Shown: piece after piece, positions 10,051 through 19,980 of the stretch
Numbering within the stretch: position 1 is the stretch's first letter
Layout: each line of letters begins with the position of its first letter
Assembly (NCBI GenBank): GCA_947643715.1
Contig: CANRXB010000012.1
Span: 444-64,443, forward strand
Length of the DNA: 64,000 bases
Direction of reading: 5' to 3'
Origin: an uncultured bacterium
GTDB taxonomy: Bacteria; Bacillota; Clostridia; Oscillospirales; Oscillospiraceae
The notes under the pieces: model-generated
The model's input: only the letters and a program-made list of their open reading frames with translations
Told to the model about the DNA's origin: nothing
Databases searched by the model: none
Program-made: the position numbers and the translations under genes

Positions 10051-10090
10051 CGACCAGGGATATCCTTCGGGATATCCCTGGTCGCTTTTT
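10051..10090. terminator. Intrinsic terminator between the convergent padR and ABC operons
   Basis: CGACCAGGGATATCC-TTCG-GGATATCCCTGGTCG plus a T run on the + strand. Confidence 0.8.
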
Positions 10091-10177
10091 GTGTCCTGCC
10101 TCCGGCCCGCCCTCGGCGAGAAAGACACCGCAGGCGGCGGAGCAGGAACGCCGCAGCCGTCCTCCTCCCAACGCGGC

Positions 10178-11209
10178 TCAGCGCTGCCCCTTATCGTAGG
10201 GGATGCCCTCTGCTTTGGGCGCACGAGACTTCTTCGAGGTGAACGCGAGCACCACCAGTGTGATGATATAAGGGAGCATCCGATAGACATGGGCGCTGAT
10301 GCCGATCTCCTTGAGCATACAGATGCCGTCCCCATTGATGTCGATGCTGGTATACGAAGCAGCGATGCACTTGAACAGCCCGAACAGCAGCGCGGCCCCG
10401 GCGATGTTCAGCGGCTTCCAGTTGCCGAAGATCATGACGGCCAGGGCCAGGAAGCCGAACCCCGCCACATCGCCGTTCGACGAGCAGTTCGCGGTGGTCA
10501 ATGCGTAGACGAAGCCGCCCATACCGGCCAGCGCACCGGAGATGGTCGTGCCCGCGTACCGCATCTGATAGACGTTGATCCCCAACGAGTCCGCCGCCTG
10601 GGGGTTCTCGCCGCAGGAGCGCAGCCGCAGGCCGAACTTGGTCCGATAGAGCACGACGGACAGCACGACGAACAGGAGGATACAGATATAGGTCACTAAG
10701 TAGACCTGATGGATGAAGGTCTCTCCCAAAAAGCCCAGATCGTCCGTCCGGCTGAAGCCCAGGTCGGTCTTGCGGAGCATGAACCAGGACGGGGCGTCCC
10801 CCCTGGCCATGTTCAGCACGTTTTGATCGGCGATGATGCGGATGAAGAACAGCACCAGCGCGGGGGCCATCAGGTTCAGCGCCGTACCGCCGATGGTCTG
10901 GTCCGCTTTCAAATTCACCGAGGCGAAAGACAGCAGCAGCGAAAAGACCGCGCCCGCAGCAGCGGCCGCCAGCATGGCCAGCATGGCGAAGCCCTGGAGG
11001 GCCAGCCAGTCCCCGTCTGCCTTGGCCTGGTCGAACACGCCGGCCTCCTGGACCATGTTCACGAACAGCACGCCGATGAACGCACCGAAGATCATGATGC
11101 CCTCCAGCGCCAGATCGATGATGCCGCTGCGCTCCGCGAACACGCCCGCCAGCGCCACGATCATCAGCGGGACCGCATAGATCAGCGTCTGCCGGATCAG
11201 GAACGTCAT
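10178..11209 (-). CDS. Nucleoside/sugar ABC transporter permease (NupC-like)
   Basis: AERSGIIDLALEG, RTKFGLRLRSCGENPQAADSLGI, FGNWKP. Confidence 0.9.
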   Translation of the reverse strand: MTFLIRQTLIYAVPLMIVALAGVFAERSGIIDLALEGIMIFGAFIGVLFVNMVQEAGVFDQAKADGDWLALQGFAMLAMLAAAAAGAVFSLLLSFASVNLKADQTIGGTALNLMAPALVLFFIRIIADQNVLNMARGDAPSWFMLRKTDLGFSRTDDLGFLGETFIHQVYLVTYICILLFVVLSVVLYRTKFGLRLRSCGENPQAADSLGINVYQMRYAGTTISGALAGMGGFVYALTTANCSSNGDVAGFGFLALAVMIFGNWKPLNIAGAALLFGLFKCIAASYTSIDINGDGICMLKEIGISAHVYRMLPYIITLVVLAFTSKKSRAPKAEGIPYDKGQR

Positions 11210-12435
11210 ACGCCCTCGCCTCCCTTCTCAGCCTTCCCCGGCACAGCCGGGCTCGCGCCCAACGAGGCGGCCTTGTGCTTCTTCCTGCCACCGAGCATCA
11301 TCTTGATCGCCAGGGAGAAGGCGCTCAGGTAGACGATGGCGGCGATGATCACATCCGTGATATACTCATTGTAGCCGGTGAGGTTGGTGAGCTGCTGCCC
11401 GGCGATGTTCAGCATGGACATGAAGCAGCCGGTGAAGATGATGGCCACAGGGTCGCTGGCCGCGAGCAGCGCCACCGGGATGCCATTGAAGCCCACGGCG
11501 GGCAGGGATTGGTAGGTGGACCAGAAAAATTCCGTGTTCCCGGACAGGTAGTACAGGGAAGCGGCGGCTCCTGCCAGACCTCCCGCGATGGCCATGGACA
11601 GCACGATGTCGCGCTTGTCGTCGATGCCGGCATACCGGGCGGCATGGCGGTTGCTGCCGCAGCACACCAGCTCATAGCCCATCGTGGTCTTGGTGAGGAA
11701 GATATACATCGCCACCGCCAGCACCACCGCGATACCGATGCCCCAGTTCACCTGGGATCCGGGGAAGATCGCGTCCAAGCCCCACCTGGCCGTCTCCACG
11801 CCGTTGTGGGCGGTCTTATAGATGTAGCCCGTCTTGCCGTTCTCCTCGATGTTGCGCCAGACGCTCCCGTCGAACACCCAGGTGACCAGGTTGGCGGCGA
11901 TCCAGTTGGTCATGATACAGGCCAGCACCTCGTTGATGTTCAGCAGGGCCTTCAACAGCCCAGGGATCGCGCCCCACAGCGCCCCGGCCAGGATGCCGGA
12001 CAGGAACGCCAGCAGCCAGACCAACGGTGCGGGGACGGACGCCGTGGGGATGCTCAGCGAGACGATCAGCGTGGCCGCGGTCCCCATCAGATACTGCCCC
12101 GGCGCGCCGATGTTGAACAGGCCAGTCTTGAACGCCACCGCCACCGAAAGCCCCGTGAGGATCAGCGGCGTGGCCCGGAAGAGCATATTGCCGACGTTGG
12201 CCGGATTGAAGCCGAAGGCGAGGCTGCCCGACGCGTCCCGCCCGGTGCTGAGGATGCCGCCCAGCACCAGCCGGATGCCGTCCCAGGCGGCTCCCGGCCC
12301 CAGGCCGGAGTTGGTCAGGCCCACGACGAGCACGATGACACAGCCGACCAGCAAGCCGATGCCGATGGAGATCAGCGAAGCCGCCACCGTCCTCGCCCCG
12401 TCCCTTTTCATCAGGGACGACCATCTCTCTCTCAT
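11206..12435 (-). CDS. Nucleoside/sugar ABC transporter permease (NupB-like)
   Basis: FKTGLFNIGAPGQY, INEVLACIMTN, GFNGIPVALL. Confidence 0.9.
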   Translation of the reverse strand: MRERWSSLMKRDGARTVAASLISIGIGLLVGCVIVLVVGLTNSGLGPGAAWDGIRLVLGGILSTGRDASGSLAFGFNPANVGNMLFRATPLILTGLSVAVAFKTGLFNIGAPGQYLMGTAATLIVSLSIPTASVPAPLVWLLAFLSGILAGALWGAIPGLLKALLNINEVLACIMTNWIAANLVTWVFDGSVWRNIEENGKTGYIYKTAHNGVETARWGLDAIFPGSQVNWGIGIAVVLAVAMYIFLTKTTMGYELVCCGSNRHAARYAGIDDKRDIVLSMAIAGGLAGAAASLYYLSGNTEFFWSTYQSLPAVGFNGIPVALLAASDPVAIIFTGCFMSMLNIAGQQLTNLTGYNEYITDVIIAAIVYLSAFSLAIKMMLGGRKKHKAASLGASPAVPGKAEKGGEGV

Positions 12436-13973
12436 GCGGGCCGACCTCCCTTCTCCATCCGCTTCGCTCCGGCCATGTACAGGCCGAGCTCTTGGACGTC
12501 CGTCTGTTTCGGGTCGAACTCGCCTACGATCTCGCCCTCATACATCACCAGGATGCGGTCGGACAGGTTCATCACCTCGTCCAGCTCCAAGCTGACCAGG
12601 AGTACCGCCCTGCCCTTGTCCCGCTCCGCCACGAGCTGGCTGTGGATATGCTCGATCGCGCCCACGTCCAGCCCGCGGGTGGGCTGGACCGCCACGACCA
12701 GGGACTTCTCCCGATCCAGCTCCCGGGCGATGATGGCCTTTTGCTGGTTGCCGCCGGACATGGACCGGGCGACGGTCACCGGCCCCTGCCCGGAACGCAC
12801 GTCGTACTGCTCGATCAGCCGCTGGGCGTACTCCCGCGCCGCGCCTTTATCGATGAAGCCGCCATGCTGGAACCGGGGCTCCCTGAACCGCTGGAGGACC
12901 ATGTTCTGCTCCAGCGTGAGGTCCAGCACCAGGCCATGCTTGTGGCGGTCCTCGGGGATATGGCTCATATCGCTGCCCCGCCGGCGGATGGAGGCGTGGG
13001 AGATGTCCTTCCCGCACAGGACCGCCGTGCCGCCGGAGCTTTTTTCCAGGCCCGTCAGCCCATGGATCAGCTCGGTCTGGCCGTTGCCGTCGATACCGGC
13101 GATGCAAAGGATCTCGCCCGCCCGCACATCGAAGCTCACATGGTCCACCGCGTCGCGCTTATGGGCCTTGGACGGGACACAGAAGTCCCGCAGGGACAGC
13201 ACCACCTCGCCGGGAACGGCAGGCGCTTTTTTCACCTCTAGCTGCACGGAACGGCCCACCATCATATCGGACAGGGCCTGTTTGTCCGTATCCTTGGTAT
13301 CCACCGTGCCGATGCACTTGCCCTTGCGCAGCACGGTGACCCGGTCGGACACCGCCATGATCTCGTTGAGCTTGTGGGAGATGAACAGGATGGACTTGCC
13401 CTCCTTCGCGAACTCCTTCATGGTGGCCATCAGCTCGTCGATCTCCTGGGGCGTGAGCACGGCGGTGGGTTCATCGAAGATGAGGATCTCGTTGTCCCGG
13501 TACAGCATCTTGAGGATCTCCACGCGCTGCTGCATCCCCACGGTGATGTCCTCCACCTTGGCGTCCAGATCCACCTTCAGGCCGTAGCGCTGGGACAGGG
13601 CCTCCACCTTGGCCCGAGCCTGCTTTTTTTGCAAAAAGCCCGCCCTGGTGGTCTCCGCACCCAAGATGATGTTGTCCAGCACGGTGAACACGTCGATGAG
13701 CTTGAAATGCTGATGGACCATGCCGATGCCCAGGGCCGTGGCGTCGTTGGGGTCGTCGATCTTCACTTCCCTGCCATCCTTCTTGATCGTTCCTGCCTCC
13801 GGCTGGTACAGGCCGAACAATACGCTCATCAGCGTGGACTTGCCCGCGCCGTTCTCCCCCAGCAGGGCATGGATCTCTCCCCTGCGAAGCTGTAACGTGA
13901 TGTCGTCGTTGGCGATGATGCCGGGGAACTCCTTCGTGATGTGGAGCATCTCGATGACGTTTTCCGCTGCCAT
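12432..13973 (-). CDS. Tandem-domain ABC ATPase (CUT2/NupA-like)
   Basis: GENGAGKS, FDEPTAVLTPQE, SMSGGNQQK, QPTRGLDVGA. Confidence 0.95.
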   Translation of the reverse strand: MAAENVIEMLHITKEFPGIIANDDITLQLRRGEIHALLGENGAGKSTLMSVLFGLYQPEAGTIKKDGREVKIDDPNDATALGIGMVHQHFKLIDVFTVLDNIILGAETTRAGFLQKKQARAKVEALSQRYGLKVDLDAKVEDITVGMQQRVEILKMLYRDNEILIFDEPTAVLTPQEIDELMATMKEFAKEGKSILFISHKLNEIMAVSDRVTVLRKGKCIGTVDTKDTDKQALSDMMVGRSVQLEVKKAPAVPGEVVLSLRDFCVPSKAHKRDAVDHVSFDVRAGEILCIAGIDGNGQTELIHGLTGLEKSSGGTAVLCGKDISHASIRRRGSDMSHIPEDRHKHGLVLDLTLEQNMVLQRFREPRFQHGGFIDKGAAREYAQRLIEQYDVRSGQGPVTVARSMSGGNQQKAIIARELDREKSLVVAVQPTRGLDVGAIEHIHSQLVAERDKGRAVLLVSLELDEVMNLSDRILVMYEGEIVGEFDPKQTDVQELGLYMAGAKRMEKGGRPA

Positions 13974-14080
13974 ATCTCTCCTCCCGCCTCCTCATAGACT
14001 GCAAGACCGAAACTTCGAGTCTTTTCCCCATTATAAAACATCCGGGTGAGGAACACAAGAAATTTACATGATCTGCACAG

Positions 14081-14114
14081 AAAAGGAGAGGGCGCTCACG
14101 CGCCCTCTCCTTTC
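14081..14114 (-). terminator. Hairpin/terminator after the BMP gene
   Basis: AAAGGAGAGGGCG/CGCCCTCTCCTTT stem; a TTGTGT-N17-TATAAT promoter follows on the - strand before the ATPase. Confidence 0.65.
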
Positions 14115-14127
14115 AGGGGAACGGATA

Positions 14128-15324
14128 TCACTCCACGGTCAGAGTCAGGTTGGAATAGCCCTGCTCCAAGTTGCTGTAGTCGGCGTCCACGGACACGGAG
14201 CCGTCCTTGATGCCGGCCAGCATGGTCTCATACTCCTCCACAGAGAAGTTCTTCATGGACCAGGAAGCGGTGGGCAGGCCCACGGCATCCTCCTTCGCGC
14301 CCAGAGAGGTGCTCTCGCCGCCGATGGAGGACCAGCCGTTTCCGAAGTACTTGTCCAGCGCGAAATCGACGGACTGGGCCAGGCCCTTCATGGCGGACGT
14401 GATCACCGTGTCGGAATCGCCGGACTGATCCACGTCCACACCGATCACGAAGCCGTCATTGGCGGAGGCGGCAGCGGCCACAGACTGGAACATGGGGCCG
14501 CCGCAGGCGAACACGACCTCGGTGCCGGCAGTGTACCAACCCTGCATCATGCTCTGCAGCTCCGGAGAGGCGATGTAATTGGAGCCATATTCCCAGCTAT
14601 AACGCATCTCCACGTTGATGCCCATCTCGGCGGCAGCCGCATTGGCGCCCTGGACGAAACCGTAGCCGTAACGGCAGCAGGCAGGGTTTGTGCCACCGCC
14701 GCCGCCGGTGAAGCCCAGCTTGGTGAAGCCTTCCTTGACCACGGCATAACCGGCCAGATAGCCGCACTGCTCCTCCTGGAACAGGATGCCGGCCACGTTC
14801 TGGAGCACGGGACTGTCGTTGGGCAGCGGCACGCCGTCGGCGCCGTACTCAGTGGGCTTCTCCTGCATGACGCCGCCGTCGATGAAGATGAAGTTCACAT
14901 CGGGGTTCTCGATGGCCGCCCTGCGCATGGCGCTTTCCTGCAGGAAGCCGGGGGCCACGATGACCTTGGCTCCGCCCTCGATGGCGGCCTTGTAGGCGTT
15001 GTAGCGGTCGTCGTCGGTGGCCTCGCTTCTGTTGGCGGGCTGATAATACTTATAGGTCTTGCCGTTGTTGTGGGCGTACAGCTTCACGCCGTTCCAGGTG
15101 CCCTCGTTGAAGGACTTGTCCTTCAGGTCGCCCAAGTCGGTGATCATGGCGATCTCGTACTTGCCGTCGGCAGAGGTGGGGTTGTCGTCGATCTTGTTGG
15201 GGTCCGTCTCAGTGGTGGAGGTGGTCCCCCCGCCGCTCTGGCTGGGCTCTGGCTCCTTGGGTGCGCAAGCCGCGAGGCTCAGCACCATGGCCATGGCCAG
15301 CAGCATAGCGAAAAGCTTCTTCAT
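14128..15324 (-). CDS. BMP family ABC substrate-binding lipoprotein (nucleoside-binding type)
   Basis: Lipobox LSLAAC; DKSFNEGTWNG; VIGVDVDQ; TSAMK. Confidence 0.9.
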   Translation of the reverse strand: MKKLFAMLLAMAMVLSLAACAPKEPEPSQSGGGTTSTTETDPNKIDDNPTSADGKYEIAMITDLGDLKDKSFNEGTWNGVKLYAHNNGKTYKYYQPANRSEATDDDRYNAYKAAIEGGAKVIVAPGFLQESAMRRAAIENPDVNFIFIDGGVMQEKPTEYGADGVPLPNDSPVLQNVAGILFQEEQCGYLAGYAVVKEGFTKLGFTGGGGGTNPACCRYGYGFVQGANAAAAEMGINVEMRYSWEYGSNYIASPELQSMMQGWYTAGTEVVFACGGPMFQSVAAAASANDGFVIGVDVDQSGDSDTVITSAMKGLAQSVDFALDKYFGNGWSSIGGESTSLGAKEDAVGLPTASWSMKNFSVEEYETMLAGIKDGSVSVDADYSNLEQGYSNLTLTVE

Positions 15325-15529
15325 GGCAAAACATTCCTTTCTTTTTTCCTATCATCCTTGTCCCGGGCGGCGTCGCCCTCGCTCCTCATCCAAAAACAGC
15401 GGGCCCGACGTCGCTCCCTTCAGCCCGCCTTTGTTTGGACGGGCCCATTATATCGCGTCCGAGTATAAAATAAAAGCGTTTTTTTGCAATGTACACGAAC
15501 TTTTAACAAATACCGACGCGATCCGCCGC

Positions 15530-16195
15530 TCAATACCCCTGGGCCTGCTGCCCCTTCACGAGCTTGACGATGCGGCTGGTCCCCAGGCGGTCCGCCCCCA
15601 ACGCCAGGAAGTCCGCCGCATCCTGCAAGCTGGAGATGCCCCCCGCCGCTTTGATCTTCACATGGCCGGCCACGTTGGCCTTGAACAGCGCCACGTCCTC
15701 ACGGGTGGCTCCGGCGGTGGAGAAGCCGGTGGAGGTCTTGATGTAGTCCGCGCCGCTGTCGGACACGATCCGGCACAGCTCGATCTTCTCCTTGTCCGTG
15801 AGCAGGCAGGTCTCGACGATGACCTTCAACGTCAGCGCGCCGCAGGCGGCCTTGACCGCCTCGATCTCGCCCAGCAGGTCCCTCCAGCGGCCGTCCTTGG
15901 CCCAGCCGATGTCGATCACCATGTCGATCTCCTTCGCGCCGTTGCCGATGGCGTCCTTCGCCTCGAACACCTTCACGGCTGTGGTGGAATAGCCGTTGGG
16001 GAAGCCGATGACGGTACACACCGGGAGCCTGTCCCCCAGATAGCCCGCCGCCTGCGCCACATAGCTGGCGGGGATGCACACGCTGGCGCAGCCATAGGCC
16101 GCGCCGTCGTCACAGATCTGCCGGATCTCATCCCAGGTAGCGGTCTGGGTGAGCAGGGTGTGGTCCACCGCCGCCAAGATGGTCTTATCGTCCAT
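15530..16195 (-). CDS. deoC: Deoxyribose-phosphate aldolase
   Basis: [47 protein letters not shown]; start set at ATG 16195. Confidence 0.95.
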   Translation of the reverse strand: MDDKTILAAVDHTLLTQTATWDEIRQICDDGAAYGCASVCIPASYVAQAAGYLGDRLPVCTVIGFPNGYSTTAVKVFEAKDAIGNGAKEIDMVIDIGWAKDGRWRDLLGEIEAVKAACGALTLKVIVETCLLTDKEKIELCRIVSDSGADYIKTSTGFSTAGATREDVALFKANVAGHVKIKAAGGISSLQDAADFLALGADRLGTSRIVKLVKGQQAQGY

Positions 16196-16404
16196 TGGTA
16201 TCACCTCGTCAAAATATCGATATCCACATCTTACTATGGACGGGCTGAAAATGCAAGCTCTGCCCGATCTTCGCCTCAGATCCCGCCCCTGCAACCGCCG
16301 GTTGTCAGATCGTATACTGTTTTTGGTTGTCTTGCGTACCTGTCTTTGCTATAATGATCATGTCCAAAAGGCGCCGGACAGTCTTTTTTCGGAGGTATCA
16401 AGAC

Positions 16405-17190
16405 ATGGATCTTCAACAACGCTTGTTCGACCTGCGCCGTCAGGCCGGGCTGTCCCAGGAGGAACTGGCCGGTCTGCTGGGTGTGACCCGGCAGGCCGTG
16501 CAGAAATGGGAGGCGGGGACGTCCCGCCCGGACATGGACAACCTGGTATCGCTGGCGGACTATTTCAACGTCTCCCTGGACCTGCTGGTCTTGGGCAAGC
16601 AGGCCGATCCCTCGCCCGCCCCTACCATCATCAACAACTACTATCCCGAGGACCATAGACATTGGCACTACGAGTACAAGAGCCAACGCACCCTGTTCGG
16701 CCTGCCCCTGGTCCACATCAACCTCGGCTTCCGCGATCACTGGGCCAGAGGGATCCTCGCCATCGGGAACATCGCCACTGGGCTCTTCGCCTTAGGCGGC
16801 GTCTCTGTGGGCCTGTTCGCTTTGGGCGGGGTCAGCCTCGGCCTCCTGCTCGCCTTGGGCGGCGTCTGCCTGGGGTGCGTATCCGCAGGCGGCGTGGCCT
16901 TCGGCCTACTGGCTTGGGGCGGCCTGTCCATCGGAGTCTTGTCGGTGGGCGGCGTCTCCATGGGCATATACGCCGCAGGCGGCGTGGTCGCCGCAGCCAA
17001 AGTGGCTGTGGGGCACGTGGTCACTGCGCCCTTGGCCATCGGCGCCGTCGCAGACGGAGCGACGGTCATCCAGATCCCCTTCGCCGGCCTGAAGGGCGCG
17101 GATCTCGCCGCCGCCTGTTCCGCCATCGAAGCCGCCTGTCAGGGCGCGCCCGGCATCGTCCCATGGCTGCTGGAGGCGTTCCTCATGTGA
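16405..17190 (+). CDS. XRE-family HTH regulator with Gly-rich repetitive hydrophobic C-terminus
   Basis: LRRQAGLSQEELAGLLGVTRQAVQKWEAG HTH; GGAGG RBS before ATG 16405. Confidence 0.85.
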   Translation: MDLQQRLFDLRRQAGLSQEELAGLLGVTRQAVQKWEAGTSRPDMDNLVSLADYFNVSLDLLVLGKQADPSPAPTIINNYYPEDHRHWHYEYKSQRTLFGLPLVHINLGFRDHWARGILAIGNIATGLFALGGVSVGLFALGGVSLGLLLALGGVCLGCVSAGGVAFGLLAWGGLSIGVLSVGGVSMGIYAAGGVVAAAKVAVGHVVTAPLAIGAVADGATVIQIPFAGLKGADLAAACSAIEAACQGAPGIVPWLLEAFLM

Positions 17191-17253
17191 AGCCTCCCCG
17201 GGAACGCGGTCATGGACCGCGCCGGCGCTGTGCGCTCGATATCCGCCACAGAA

Positions 17254-17282
17254 AAAAGATCCGCCCACGGGCGGATCTTTTC
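17254..17282 (+). terminator. Intrinsic terminator
   Basis: AAAAGATCCGCCC/GGGCGGATCTTTT stem flanked by A and T runs. Confidence 0.75.
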
Positions 17283-17318
17283 GTCAGACCGGGAGGGCCG
17301 CGCTGCGGTCCTCTTTTT

Positions 17319-17347
17319 TCATATCCGCCGCCGATCCGCGCATACTA
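17319..17347 (+). promoter_or_regulatory. Forespore sigG-type promoter
   Basis: TCATA-N17-CATACTA directly upstream of the RBS of the YhfW-like gene. Confidence 0.55.
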
Positions 17348-17365
17348 CGGGAAAGAGGTGATCTC

Positions 17366-18685
17366 ATGGTATCCATATGGGAAAAGACCGTACGGCTGCC
17401 CAAATATGAGGCCCTGCACGGCGATGTCCATGCAGACGTGCTGGTGATTGGCGGAGGGCTCGCGGGGCTTTTGTGCGCGTATGAACTGACCCAGGCCGGA
17501 GTGGACTGCGTGCTCGTGGAGGCCGGACGGCTGTGCGGCGGCGTGACGAAAAACACCACCGCCAAGCTCACCGTCCAGCACGGAGCGATCTACCACCGGC
17601 TCCTGAAAGAGTTCGGGCGGGACCGGGCCCGGGCCTACCTGGACGCGAACCTGGCGGCGCTGGACCGCTTCCGCACGCTGTGCCGGGACATCCCCTGCGA
17701 CTTCGAGGAGCGCCCCAACTACGTCTATTCCCTGGACGATCGAAAGGTGCTGGAAAAAGAATCGGCCGCTTTGGATACACTGGGATACCCCGCAGCCCTG
17801 GTCTCCGAGACGCCGCTCCCTTTCCCTGTGGCCGGAGCAGTGCGCTTCGACCGTCAGGCGCAGTTCCACCCGCTGAGGTTCGCCGCCGGGCTGACCAAAG
17901 GCTTGCGCATCTTCGAGGACACCCGGGTACTGGAGGTCGAGACCGGCAAAGCGGTATCGGACCGCGGGACCATCACGGCAGACCATATCGTAGTCGCCAG
18001 CCACTTCCCTTTCCTCAACAAATTCGGCTGCTACTGGCTGAAACAATATCAGAGCCGCTCCTATGTGCTGGCTCTGGAGGGCGGACCGGACGTGAAAGGG
18101 ATGTACGTGGATGAAAACGACACAGGGCTGTCTTTCCGCAACCATGGCGGCCTCCTCCTCCTAGGCGGCTGCGGGCACCGCACAGGCAAGAAGAGCGGCG
18201 GCTGGTCCGGCCTGGAACGAGCTGCGAGCCGCTATTACCCGGACGCCAAGCCCGTATGCCGCTGGGCCGCACAGGACTGCATGACCTTGGACGGCGCGCC
18301 CTATATCGGGCCATACTCTCTCCGCACGCCCCGCCTCTATGTCATCACCGGCTTCAACAAGTGGGGGATGACCTCCTCCATGGTGGCCGCGATGCTGGTG
18401 AAGGACCTGATCCTGGGCCGGCCCTCCCCTTATCGAGAGGTGTTCTCCCCTTCCCGTTCCGTGCTGCGCCTCCAGCTCGCCGTCAATGCCGGGGAGAGCG
18501 CGTTGAACCTGCTCACCCCCACCAAGCCCCGATGCCCCCATATGGGATGCGCCTTGCGATACGACCCTCACGAGCACTCCTGGGACTGCCCCTGCCACGG
18601 CTCCCGCTTCGACGATGACGGCCGGCTCCTGGACGGGCCCGCCACCGGCGCTCTCCCCCATCCGCCCAGACCTCCCCGCACATGA
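17366..18685 (+). CDS. FAD-dependent oxidoreductase with C-terminal Rieske domain (YhfW-like)
   Basis: VIGGGLAG, TGFNKWGMTSS, Rieske ligands CPHMGC and WDCPCHGSRF. Confidence 0.9.
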   Translation: MVSIWEKTVRLPKYEALHGDVHADVLVIGGGLAGLLCAYELTQAGVDCVLVEAGRLCGGVTKNTTAKLTVQHGAIYHRLLKEFGRDRARAYLDANLAALDRFRTLCRDIPCDFEERPNYVYSLDDRKVLEKESAALDTLGYPAALVSETPLPFPVAGAVRFDRQAQFHPLRFAAGLTKGLRIFEDTRVLEVETGKAVSDRGTITADHIVVASHFPFLNKFGCYWLKQYQSRSYVLALEGGPDVKGMYVDENDTGLSFRNHGGLLLLGGCGHRTGKKSGGWSGLERAASRYYPDAKPVCRWAAQDCMTLDGAPYIGPYSLRTPRLYVITGFNKWGMTSSMVAAMLVKDLILGRPSPYREVFSPSRSVLRLQLAVNAGESALNLLTPTKPRCPHMGCALRYDPHEHSWDCPCHGSRFDDDGRLLDGPATGALPHPPRPPRT

Positions 18686-18717
18686 GAGCCGGCCCTGGAA
18701 GATCTCCAGGGCCGCTT

Positions 18718-19428
18718 TCACCAGCCTATCTCATCCAAGATCCCCATGTTGGGATAGCGGTCCTTCAACCTGCTGTCGGGATAGACCTCATCCAGGAAGC
18801 GCGTAACCGTTCCGGAAGCGGGCACCTCCCTGCGCCGCTGGTCCATCCGGCACAGAGCCGCAGCGGACAGCGCCGTGCTGCATACCAGGAACAGCGCCGC
18901 CGCCCGGACGATCCGCCGCCCGGTCCGCCTGGGCACACGATCGATGGCCGCGCACAGCGCAGGGTAGACCGATCGGACCCAAACCAAAGCGGCAGCGCCC
19001 CAGAACAGGCAGAACACCAGGTTGATGCGCCCGTTCAGGTTCAACGGGAGATGCCGGTAATCCCAAAAGCAGGCCCCGAACAGCGCCTCCTGGACCCAGG
19101 AGCATATGTATTCGTAAACGCCGCCCAGCACCGTGCCCACGGCGAAGATCTTGCCTGCGCTCTGGTCGTCCATCCGGTGGAACACCAGCGTGAGCAGCAC
19201 TGCCGCCAAGCCCCAGACCAAGCTGAACGGCCCATAGAGCAGGCTGCTGCGGCTGATGAGCTCCCCCCGCGTGACCAGCCAGAACACCACCTCGATCAGA
19301 TCCCCCACCACGCCCGCGATGAGGAACAGCCAGAACACCCGATAGACGGTGAGCGGTCTGGCGGTCTCCGCCCCTGCCTCCTCGGCCACCCGGCCACCGG
19401 ACGCGGGGAGCACATCTTCTTTCGTCAT
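18718..19428 (-). CDS. Putative ABC permease (CmpB/DUF1113-like membrane protein)
   Basis: LLYGPFSLVWG, EYICSW, WDYRHLPLNLNGRINL; start set at ATG 19428. Confidence 0.8.
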   Translation of the reverse strand: MTKEDVLPASGGRVAEEAGAETARPLTVYRVFWLFLIAGVVGDLIEVVFWLVTRGELISRSSLLYGPFSLVWGLAAVLLTLVFHRMDDQSAGKIFAVGTVLGGVYEYICSWVQEALFGACFWDYRHLPLNLNGRINLVFCLFWGAAALVWVRSVYPALCAAIDRVPRRTGRRIVRAAALFLVCSTALSAAALCRMDQRRREVPASGTVTRFLDEVYPDSRLKDRYPNMGILDEIGW

Positions 19429-19508
19429 CCATACCGCCTCCTTTGCTGTGTCACAGCATACCATGGCGGGGGCATGAAAATACGAAAGGAAATCTAAATT
19501 TTTCTTGA

Positions 19509-19542
19509 AGAAAGCCTGTACCCTCGTGAAAGGGTACAGGCT
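19509..19542 (-). terminator. Terminator of the alaS-HIT operon
   Basis: AGCCTGTACCCT/AGGGTACAGGCT stem followed by TTCTTC on the - strand. Confidence 0.65.
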
Positions 19543-19554
19543 CTCTCGTTCCCA

Positions 19555-19914
19555 TCAGCCCGGAGGCCAGGTCATGTCCCGCCCCGCCAACACATGGAAA
19601 TGGAGGTGTGGGACGGATTGGCCCGCCTGCGCGCCGCAGTTGGACACCACCCGGAAATCGGAGATCCCCTGCTGCTTCGTCACCTTGGCGATGACCTCGA
19701 AGCAGTGGGCCACCACGGCGGAATCGCATTCGCCGATCTCCCCGCAGGAGCCGATATGGGTCTTGGGGATGACCAGGAAATGGACCGGGGCCTGGGGATC
19801 GATGTCGTAGAAAGCATAGCACAGATGGTCCTCATAGACCTTTTTGGATGGGATCTCTCCCTTGACGATCTTGCAGAACAGACAATCCGGGGCATGGTTC
19901 AGCTCATCGGACAT
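19555..19914 (-). CDS. HIT family nucleotide-binding protein
   Basis: CLFCKIV, PQAPVHFLVIPK, QSVPHLHFHVL. Confidence 0.95.
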   Translation of the reverse strand: MSDELNHAPDCLFCKIVKGEIPSKKVYEDHLCYAFYDIDPQAPVHFLVIPKTHIGSCGEIGECDSAVVAHCFEVIAKVTKQQGISDFRVVSNCGAQAGQSVPHLHFHVLAGRDMTWPPG

Positions 19915-19980
19915 GGATAGACCTCCTTATTTGGCGTGACGCTTCGCTTGCTCGCTGCGCGGCGGCTCAGCGCTTCTCGT

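Noticed and set aside
11275-13587. 770-aa plus-strand ORF
   Set aside because: Antisense shadow of the ABC permease/ATPase genes; low-complexity R/G/H/P-rich translation typical of GC-rich DNA
15325-15460. Possible purine riboswitch in the BMP gene leader
   Set aside because: Has ATAAT and GC stems but lacks the GATATGG and GTTTCTAC core motifs
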